DNA of 20,000 nt from Catajapyx aquilonaris (Eukaryota): NCBI GenBank assembly GCA_000934665.2, contig KZ538366.1:60291-80290 (forward strand), in the 5' to 3' direction. The position numbers and the translations under genes are program-made. The notes beneath the pieces were generated by a model that saw nothing but the letters and a program-made list of their open reading frames with translations, ran no database searches and was not told where the DNA came from. Below are positions 11,216-20,000 of this stretch, one piece after another; the first letter of the stretch is position 1; the number at the start of each line of letters is the position of its first letter.

Positions 11216-11456
11216 CTCACATACATTTTACAGTATTATGTAAAATTACATTGGCATATACAGTATTTTACCATGTTTTATGTATTGTATTGTACTATTT
11301 ATTTTACATGAATTATATGTAATTTCGATTGGAACGTGCAGGTAATTGAGGATAGCAAGTACGGTGCACTAATTGCCAGCTCGTTACGGCCTGATTAGTG
11401 GCTCAAACGGTGCACAAGCGTTGTACGAAATATTTGCATCGACATGTGCTACTTAC

Positions 11457-11645
11457 CTTAAAGCTGTAATTGCATCGTAATTGCAAAAAATATATATATA
11501 TTATTTGCGAGATTCGATGTGTTCTTTTTTTTGAAATGTGTCGATACTATCGGTGTGTATCGGTATCGGTGTTTCAACCAGGCGGTGTAAAAGTGCTGGT
11601 AGCGATCATTGGTCGGTACTATCGCGTGTTCGATTTCCTCCCGAG
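11457..11645. promoter_or_regulatory. Putative bidirectional promoter with non-coding first exons of ANKRD49 (-) and GST (+)
   Basis: A strong minus-strand donor (11456) and a strong plus-strand donor (11646) face away from each other ~190 bp apart; DRE-like (TATCGATA-related) words TGTCGATA, TATCGGTG and TATCGGTA cluster at 11539-11571. Confidence 0.5.
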
Positions 11646-11827
11646 GTGAGTTCGGTCCTGGTTTTTTTGGCCTCGGGGCGGCCCCAGGGGCGGGCTGGAG
11701 TTGGCCCGTGGGCTGCCCCCATGTTGGCCCATGGTCTGCCCTCGAATTGGGCCGGATGGTCACACATACCCAAGTTCAGTTTTAATGACCTCTGCGTCTA
11801 ATTACAGGTTAATTAGGGCCCCATAAA

Positions 11828-12606
11828 ATGAGTGAGCTGGACCTGTACATGATCCTGCCAAGCGCACCGTGTCGTGCGGTGCTTCTAACCGCAAACGCAC
11901 TGGGGCTGAGCCTCAACCGTAAGATGGTCGACCTGTCCTTGAAGGAGCAGCTGAAGCCAGACTTTGTCAAGGTAATGCGGAACACGTAACGATGAACATT
12001 GCTAATCAAAGCATATTTCAGATGAATCCGCAGCATTGTATTCCGACGCTTGTCGACGGGGACTTCATAATGTGGGAGAGCCGGGCCATTATGGCCTACA
12101 TGGTGCAGCAGTACGGGAAGGACGACTCGCTGTACCCGAAGGATGCGAAGATACGTGCGAGGGTGGACCATCTGCTGTACTTCGACATGGGGACACTCTT
12201 CTTGCGGTTCCGATACTGCTACGTATGTCGTACTTTCCTTACGGGGTCGACAGGAGACTAACGCTCGTATTTGCAGCGACCGGTTGTGTTCGACGGGGAG
12301 CATTTTGATCCGAAGAAAGAAGAGGCTGTGTGCGAGGCATTGGGTTGGCTCGACGCCATGATTGGGGATAAGAAATGGGCCGCGTGCAACCAGCAGACCA
12401 TTGCGGACCATGCCCTGGCTGCTTCGTTGGCGACCCTCGAGAATGTTTGCGTGGCCATTGATTTCCAGAAGTACCCCAACGTCACCCGCTGGCTGCAACA
12501 GTGCAAGAAGGAGCTGGCCGGATACGAAGAAAACCACGAGGGAGCCAAGACATTCGGGGACATGTTCAAGCGAGCAATGGCCAAACTGCACATCCAACCT
12601 GCCTAA
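11828..12606 (+). CDS. GstD: Glutathione S-transferase, Delta/Epsilon class (224 aa); exons 11828-11971, 12022-12222, 12277-12606
   Basis: MSELDLYMILPSAPCRAVLLTANALGL..NPQHCIPTLVDGDFIMWESRAIMAY..LYPKDAKIRARVDHLLYFDMGTLF..TIAD..YPNVTRW; three exons joined by phase-0 GT-AG introns; putative non-coding exon ending 11645 (GAG|GTGAG) with acceptor at 11807; AATAAA 12645-12650. Class (Delta vs Epsilon) not resolved. Confidence 0.92.
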
Positions 12607-12738
12607 TTGTACAAAAATCACAGCACCATTGTGCATTATCTGATAATAAAAATGTGAAGCCCATTTGCTAGCAACTGGCTGTCAACAATCCGTATTGTTA
12701 AAGTAACCTCCCAACAGCAAAATGGATTGAGCGCAAAA

Positions 12739-13824
12739 ATGTCATTGGATTTGTATATGGTCCTGGCGAGTAACTCATGCCGTGCGGTGTTACTGACGGT
12801 GCACGCTCTGGGATTGCAAGTGAACCGGAAGATTGTCGACCTCCAGGCCAGCGAGCAACTAAAACCGTATTTTCTCAGAGTAAGTACCGCTGGGACCTTC
12901 AGTACTGTACGACTGATTTGTTGATTCATTCCGCAGCTCAACCCGACACACAGCCTGCCGGTTCTAGTCGATGGCGACTTCGTGCTATGGGAGAGCAGAG
13001 CAGTAATGGCCTACCTGGTGAACAAACAGGGGCCGGACAACGACCAACTGTATCCGGTTGATCCAAAGCGAAGAGCTCGGGTGGATCAGTGTTTGCATTA
13101 CGACCATGGGACCCTATTTACACGATTCAAGTACTGCTACGTAAGTCAGGTTACTGTTTGTAATAAGGACTATGAAGTAGTTGACAAACGGTAATTGCAG
13201 CAACGTGTGGTTCGAACTGAAAGCTACGTGGACCCGCGAAGGGAAGCCCTGCTATGTGAGGCTGTCCATTGGCTCGACCAGTACATCGGGGATCACAGGT
13301 GGGTCACAGGTAACCATCAGACCATTGCCGATCACGCCCTGGCTGCATCGATGACCACTATCGTCAAGTCCGCCTTCGTTGTTCATCTTGACGATTACCC
13401 CAACATTCAGAGGTGGCTGAAGACATGCAAGAGCGAGCTGAGAGGGTTTTCCGAGAATGAAGCAGGTGCTGTGGAATTTGCCCGCCTGTTCCACCGCTCG
13501 TTCTTTACCGGGCTAAAGACAGGATATGATGACACAAGGAGTGTCGTCTCAGAGGTATCTGAGCCTACACCGAGCGTCACACCAAGCGTCACTTCCCTGC
13601 AAAGCATTAGATCAGTCGCCTCGTCAATAGCTGATTCTGTGAAGAAGAAGTTCAGTAGGAATAAACCCTCTCAAAAACAGTACACATGTGCGTTTAAAAT
13701 ACTTTTTTTTTTTTTGCAATTAGTCTCTCGTTGTGTACAGATTTGGCAAACGGTTAAGCTAATTCACGTATGCGTTCAACTTTTTCGTCCTCGGTTTCGC
13801 TACATTCTTCCCAGATGCTTATGA
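12739..13824 (+). CDS. GstD: Second tandem Delta/Epsilon-class glutathione S-transferase with an apparent Ser/Thr/Pro-rich C-terminal extension; exons 12739-12879, 12937-13140, 13201-13824 (3' end uncertain)
   Basis: MSLDLYMVLASNSCRAVLLTVHALGL..LNPTHSLPVLVDGDFVLWESRAVMAY..TIADHALAAS..YPNIQRW; same intron positions as the upstream GST. The GST fold ends near 13500 but the frame stays open to 13824. Confidence 0.85.
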
Positions 13825-16304
13825 ACAGTCTTGCTAATCGGTGTGCAAACTTGTCTTGAGTTAGGATAGTGCGACACTCTGCAATCCATCGTTTCGTCTG
13901 TAAAAAAAACATGTTTGCTGGTGACTAGTCAGCAGAGGACAACCAAATGAAAGGCATATAACTTGCCTGGTTTTGCATGGAGTGATATTCCTCGTCTTTC
14001 TTCATAATTTCCTGCAACTCTTCTTTCGATACATTAAGAACAGAGCATGTGAGCGACTCTATTTCGTCCACTGTCGCGGACGACACCATCGAGGATTGGT
14101 CTGCATTGCGCTGCGCTTGCACCCGCTGACCCACCACTCTGACATACTCCTGGGCAATCGGAAACATTTGAGTACCGAATAGCATTACCAGCAACTAACC
14201 ATCGTACCTCCAGTGCCTTCATCATCTGGTGGGACTTGCCGTCTTCCTTCCTGGTGTGATGCGACAGATCAGTCTGCAGCCGGAACAAGTCCTCCTCCCG
14301 CAGCCTGATTTTTTCCTTCATTGAGGACAGCTGCAATGAACCAAGCGTCACCATCGCTCTAATATGACTGGAGGACAGTACCTGTCTGAAGTGCTCCTGA
14401 CGTTCATGGTTCAACGTGCTCAGAAGCTCCTCCTTCTGCTTCTTCTGCGTCCACAGCTGAGTCCTTAACGATGAACACTGCGGATTGCAAAGAGCGTACA
14501 TTGGTTAAAGAGTACGGATGGGTACAGGGTGACCCACAGGTAAGCTCACCTCAGCCTGCGCCTTCTTGCACTGGTCCCCCATCCTCTTGGCCTCATCCTG
14601 AGAGTCGGTCAGCTTACCCGTGACCTCCGCAGCTTCCCTCTTCAGGTCGCTTATCTTCATCTTGTACGCCTCCAACAGCAGCCTCCGGTTCTTGCTCTCG
14701 TTCACCTGCCGACGAATCCTGCAATATGCACCACAAGGATTATTTCCTTCAACAACCCATACTCAAGTGGATATGACCTGTCTTTGAGCGCATATTCTGT
14801 GTCTGGGTCGATCTTGACCTGCTGCTGTTGGTTGACCTGATCCTGTTCCTTCTGTCCTGATTTCAGCAGCATCTCCAGGTAGTTCTTGGTGTCCTGGAGC
14901 CTGGCCTCCAGCTTCCCGTGCTCCTCCAGATGCTTCTGGAGGGTCTGGCTCTTCGACTCCAGGTCGCCGTGGAGGACAACCATTGCCCTCTCGGTGTTCA
15001 TCTGCCTCCTTGTAACCACGTGTAGCTGGGAAAAATATCAGTTGAAGATGCCTGTTTACGTCCTCGCGATTTGAGCCTCTGTCGCACGACTTGAGCCTCT
15101 GTCGCACGACTTGAGCCTCTGTCGCACGACTTGAGCCTCTGTCGCACGACTTGAGCCTCTGTCGCACAACTAAAGCCTCTGTCGCACGACTAGAACCTCG
15201 GTCGCACGACTAGAAACTTTGCGACCTAGGGGAACCTATTTTTGTCGGTTTCAAAGCGTCTGGTCGTGCGACCGAGGCTCAAATCGTGGGGGCGTAAACA
15301 GGCCTTGAAGTGAACTACGCACCTTCGATCGCACGCGTCGAAGGAAGTACGTAACCTTTCCAGACGACGACGACTTCGGTTTGCAATTTAGTCGCGTGCG
15401 ACTGACGCTAGTAGATGCTGCGACCGAAAGCGGCTTATCGCTTTTGGCCGCTTTCGGCTGCTGCGTTTCTTCCGGAACTTGCTGTGCGGTCTCGACGCAG
15501 CTGGTCGCTTGTTGGGGTTGTCCTATACCCATGTAGACTGTGCTCTCACTGTCAGTGTCGGCAGCGGATAGGACGGACACGTGGCTCGCTCTGTTGTCGT
15601 CCAGCTTCACCGGGGGCGTCGGAGCGCGTTGCGACCGTGCGGACATGATGCTTTCGGTCGCTTCATTCAGAAGCTGCTGAAGCGGGTCGGCGTGACGCTC
15701 GTTGCGTCGCTGAGTCGGATCAGGAGAAACGCGACGTCGTTGCGCGTTGTCGCGTCGCTTATTCGAATCAGGAGAGCCACGACGTCGTTGAGCGTCGTTG
15801 CCGCGTCGCTGAGTCGAATCAGGAGAGACACGACGTCGCTGCGCGTCGTTGCCGCGTTGCTTACGTTCAGATTTAGTGGCGATCAGGGGCGTCCGCCTAT
15901 AGTATAAAAAAATGAACTGATATAATCACAGGCCTGTTGACGCCCTCACGATTTGAGCCTCGGTCGCACGACCAGACGCTTTGCGACCGACGAAAATAGG
16001 TTCCTCATAGGTCCGGTCGGTACGATTCGAATGTAGTCGTTCCTACCGGACATGTAGCAAAGCGTTGGTCGTGCGACAGAGGCTTTAGTCGTGCGACCGA
16101 GGCTTTAGTCGTGCGACCGAGGCTCAAATCGTGAGAGCGTAAACAGGTCGCTGTAGCATGAACTGACCATGGTGCTGCAGCGAGAGCTTCAGAGAGGAAC
16201 CTCTGTGACAGGAGGTCAGTGTCGATTGAGGCGGTTGACCCGCGTGATATCGACGTTGCGCTCAGCGAAGATTCAGACACGTCGTCCCACAGGTCACCAA
16301 CGGC
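13754..16304 (-). CDS. CNTLN: Coiled-coil protein, centlein-like (at least 546 aa, 5' end unresolved); exons 16304-16168, 15896-15356, 15025-14778, 14718-14550, 14477-14382, 14330-14208, 14149-13967, 13897-13754
   Basis: Eight exons join in frame (1641 nt) with canonical acceptors, six GT donors and one GC donor. The C-terminal part ALEEYVRVVGQRVQ..IESLTCSVLNVSKEELQEIM..KRWIAECRTILTQDKFAHRL resembles my recollection of the centlein segment LHEFVKALAKELQ..AASILNISRSDLEEIL..EWMLYIQKLLEGQLPFA. The gene structure is better supported than the name. Confidence 0.65.
15049..15304. mobile_element. MITE-like non-autonomous element, copy 1, with ~41-bp terminal inverted repeats and seven internal 20-bp tandem units
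   Basis: Left GCCTGTTTACGTCCTCGCGATTTGAGCCTCTGTCGCACGAC (15050-15090) is the near-perfect reverse complement of 15263-15303; TTGAGCCTCTGTCGCACGAC x7 at 15071-15210. GGCCTGTTTAC-type termini resemble PIF/Harbinger (Tourist-like) ends, but no TWA target duplication is visible. Confidence 0.8.
15930..16149. mobile_element. MITE-like element, copy 2, same family, opposite orientation, three 20-bp units
   Basis: 15930-16004 is the reverse complement of 15231-15305 with a few mismatches; right end GTCGTGCGACCGAGGCTCAAATCGTGAGAGCGTAAACAGG; 20-bp units at 16068-16127. Confidence 0.8.
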
Positions 16305-17349
16305 CTGAAAACGGGAGAAAAGCGCTGACCAACTTTGCCTTTTATAATCATTAATAATAATGAAGAATATAGCCTACAACATCGCTCTGACAGAGTCACT
16401 TGATCGTGTAAACACAGCACATAAAAAATGGTAGGAATAAAATCTCATTAAAAAAATAGATTAAAAATTGGCAAGGGGGATCTGAGCAGTGGTCAGTAGG
16501 TGTGCAACTATGGAGCTAGAAAGACATCGAAATCCACAGCAGGGTGGCGAGAAGATGTCATAAAAGCGCCATTTAGCTGAGGGAAAGCCACACATTTCCT
16601 GGTCGGGGAAGTATGTTGAGGGCCGTTCTGCAGGTACCGATTGCGGGTGAGTATTAGGTAGTACACGCAAAAGCCTACAGTTGGTAGACCTGTTTTGGCG
16701 GTAAGGAAATTGGCGGTCAGGCCGGCGACCCGTCACCACTGCTCCCATTCCGTTACTCGTATCGGATTCGTGACACCTTGTATCGTCATGGATTCGCCAG
16801 GCGCACCTACACCACCGGCGTTTGGTGCGCCTGCGATGCTCCGGCGTACAGCGATGCTCAGAGCAAACAGGGGCATAAGCGCCAAGTCATTCTTTTGGAG
16901 TGGACTTGGCTTGTTTTCCGATTCCAGCGTCACTTCCAACCAAACGAACCAGCAGACTAATAGCATTAATCTTATTTTTTTGACGGGAAGAAACGAAACG
17001 TATTGCGGAGGAATTTTCCTTCGTGGATTTGACGCTTTCACCCGCGAGAATTCGAAAGGGCCCAATAGGCCGGGGAAAATATGTTGTACTATACAACAAA
17101 TTCAGTTGGTACAATTCCCTTTATACAAAATTGGGGGCTGCAGGAGCAAATTGTATGCAACCCGAATCGACATCTTAAGGTCCCACAACCCTCAGGGATG
17201 CTGCTCAGACTTGGAGATGTGCTGCCCTCACCTCCTCCTAAAATTTGAAAGTCAGATATCCTATGCCCCGGATATATATACAAGTGACCCCGGCTCTAAA
17301 ATTACTTCTCCGTTCTTTTCGTTGCGGTTGCATTTTTATAGCACAGTAA

Positions 17350-19892
17350 ACTCTTGAGGTGTTGTAAACACCCTGTGTGTCCATGTCAGCCAATTTGACT
17401 CTGGGTATATTTACGCCGAATCTCCTCCGATTGGTGTGCTCTCTCCTTTTTTTTTTGGCTTTAATTTCCTCGAATTTCCCAGAGAGAGTTTCTCTCCCTC
17501 ATTTACTCAGGGGGAGGGCCTCCAACCAGCAGCCAGGGCCCTCCTTTTTAGAGAAATGAAAACTCTCCCAGCAGAGAAGCTTCCCCCAGATCGATGTGGT
17601 CAGCGAGTGCGGGGGTCACAGAGCGTCAATTTGCATTGGGGGGGGGGGGGGGGGGAAAAGCCCTTCCCNGGTGGAAAAGCCCTTCCCCTGCAAGAGAAGG
17701 GATGGAATATGCCATGGCTTTTCTCAGCAGCTAAACATGGAGTTAACAATAATTATAGGGACCAGAACGAGGCGATGGAAGTGTCGTATATTACAGGCTG
17801 TATTGGCATCACATTGACCTAAATGAGTTGTGTCGTACACTCTTTTCTCGTTGGATATTATGATTTTGAGAGGGGGGGTGCCTCTCTCTCTCTCCCTCCT
17901 CTTTTTCCCAACCCCCGGAGCCTCATCATGGGGGCCCAGATGGCCCCCCCTATGCCCGGATTTGCATGACGGAGCCGTTAGCGGCGATGTAATTAAAATC
18001 GGACAGCCGCGCCTAATGAGGAGGCAATGCTAAGCAGCGCAGAGGAAAAGGAGAGAGAGAGTGTGTGTGTGTGTGGGCGGGGGGGGGGGGGGGGGNGGGG
18101 AATTTTCAAAAGCTGTATACACATTTTGGGATGGAAATATAGGATGTTTAACGACACTTCGATTTATCTTTTTTTTTACATATACAGTAGATGATTATGA
18201 ACTACAGTAGTAAACCAGTTTGGCAACACTGCCCGGCCTACTCACTCGGATAGTACTATTTGTCGCAACTAGATGGCGCGCAGCTCTCCGCAAGCTACTG
18301 CCACTCCACGGGAAAAGTGGTGACTACATGCACGTTGGTGATGAGTCAACGCCTGCATGGGGGCAAAGTCACGGCTATAGCCAAATCCTATATATGATAT
18401 AAGCATATAGGATAGGTGACGTTTTCTTCTTGCACATCCCAGCCGATATTTTATAACCCATGACGCTCTTTTTTCTTCCTCATTTTTTTCTCTCTCTCGT
18501 ACCTTCTCTCGCGCTTTGCCTTTTTCTCTTACGAAAAAGAGAGAGAGAGGCGCGTCTCTCCCTCTCTCTCTCCTCTCTTCCCATTAGCCGGGGCCGAAGC
18601 GCCTCATCAGCCGTGCCCATATTTCACGGCGAGATTGCGCCCAGTCACCTGCTGCCGTATTTTTTAATTAGGCGGCCGCCCGGGCTGCTTTGCATATCGG
18701 GCAGAGGCTTCATCACCCCCCCCTCCTCCCCATCTCCTCCACCCACTTTTCCTCCATCCACCCCCCAGCTTCCAAACCAAGCCCCTGAGATGCCAGGCTG
18801 AAAAGAAGAAGAAGAAAAAAGATCTTTGCATATATATACACCATGAAGCTATATAGCCATGTCGCTATAGAGGTCATCTGGGAGGTCACAAGGTGCAAAT
18901 CGCTTATATAGTATAAACGAGAAAGTTTGTTTGCATGTCCGGGCTACCTAACCCACTTTAGGACTACTGAGAGCTCGGAAAATTGGCGCACTGAATTATA
19001 CGCGCGGCTGGGTTGAGGGAAAAGTCAGAAAAACGCCTACTCGTCATGTATAAATAATTTAATAAATATTATATCCGATGTCAGGTAATCCAATTGGGAT
19101 TTGTCAACAATAATTTGGCTCAAAGTACAACTTGGAGAAAAATTGTTGACAAATCCCCCAATTGGACCTGACATGATCCAAGTTACCAACTTGAGCAAAT
19201 TTATTGTTGACAAATGACGTATGATCGGATAATCATTATTTTTCTTTTTGAGTCGAATCAGTACCATATAATAATTGTTTGAATAATTTGTTAGCCTCTG
19301 AATTGCACGAGGCATTGTTGCAGATGTTTTTTTTTTTTTCTCGGAGTGGGGAGGGGGGTGGATGGAAAAAAGATTGGGAAGCGAGAGATGGAAAAGGAGA
19401 AAAAGAAGAGTCTCCTTGCAGGCGACTTGCCATGGCTAATTAGCAAAGCCTAGGCCCTTCCCCCCCCCCCCCCCCCNGGGGGGGGGGGATGAAGCAGTTT
19501 AAAAAGATGGTGTTTTTTTTGCTATTTAAATGTCTCTTTTACTAATACTTTTTTCTCCTGGAAATTTTCCGAGCAGATTCTTTGCCAAATTGCAATTTTT
19601 TTTCTTTCTTATTTGCAACCGCAATCCACTGGCAGATTATCAGTCGAAAACCAATCGACAAACTCTCCCTCCGAAAAAAAAAAAGTGTAGATTCACCCAC
19701 TTTGCTAATTCTAGTCCTTCAAGCTCTCCTGAATTTCCCCCNNNNNNNNNNNNNNNNNNNNNNNNNNNNNNNNNNNNCCCCCCCCCCCCCTGCTCCCTAC
19801 CTCTGCCAAGTATATAGGGAGGAATTGGGAAGCTTGAAGGAAGGTTTTGCCCTCGCAATGACCTTTTTTTTCTCTCCCTCCAACCAGGTTTT

Positions 19893-19927
<35 letters not shown>

Positions 19928-20000
19928 CTGTTTCACAATGGCGAGGCCTCGTTTCCCTAAGAGCCTCTTCGCTTCTCCGGGGTAGCCAGCCATTTGCATA
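17350..20000. other. Non-coding low-complexity region with poly-G/poly-C runs, (CT)n/(GA)n/(GT)n microsatellites and an assembly gap
   Basis: No credible ORF or exon chain; homopolymers at ~17638, 18080 and 19460; (CT)n at 19898-19924; N-run at 19742-19777 (another gap at 100-165). Confidence 0.75.

Noticed and set aside
11809..12636. 275-aa minus-strand ORF
   Set aside because: Antisense shadow of the GST1 exons; no recognisable domain, and the plus strand fully explains the sequence.
14331..14381. 51-bp in-frame stop-free segment as coding sequence
   Set aside because: It has GTACTG and ttcattgcAG ends, typical intron size, and interrupts the coiled-coil; treated as an intron, though retention cannot be excluded.
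15071..15210. 20-bp direct repeats as CRISPR or coding repeats (start of ORF 14763-15167)
   Set aside because: Head-to-tail with no spacers and located inside an intron bounded by clear splice sites.
16695..17357. 220-aa plus-strand ORF
   Set aside because: Non-ATG start, no domain-like composition, crosses AT-rich promoter-like sequence.

Overview
Eukaryotic genomic DNA, probably from an arthropod (inferred from many 50-70 bp GT-AG introns and Delta/Epsilon-type GSTs), with two assembly gaps. Positions ~900-16300 are very gene-dense. A 7-exon SSX2IP/ADIP-like centrosomal coiled-coil gene (+, 937-6488) has a 3.5-kb third intron that hosts, on the opposite strand, two complete two-exon genes for signal-peptide, LRR-like, probably GPI-anchored proteins plus an orphan duplicate of their first exon. 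A third paralogue lies just past the host gene (7564-8943). Next come ANKRD49 (-), with a complex palindrome-rich satellite in its putative 5'UTR intron, two tandem Delta/Epsilon-class glutathione S-transferases (+), and a convergent multi-exon coiled-coil gene resembling centlein (-), which has a GC-AG intron and two oppositely oriented MITE copies flanking one exon. Positions ~17350-20000 are non-coding and low-complexity. The most notable system is the nested antisense LRR-GPI cluster with four phase-0 N-cap exons but only three body exons. All exon boundaries and family assignments were made by eye from splice signals, reading frame and recalled family motifs; no database search was run.
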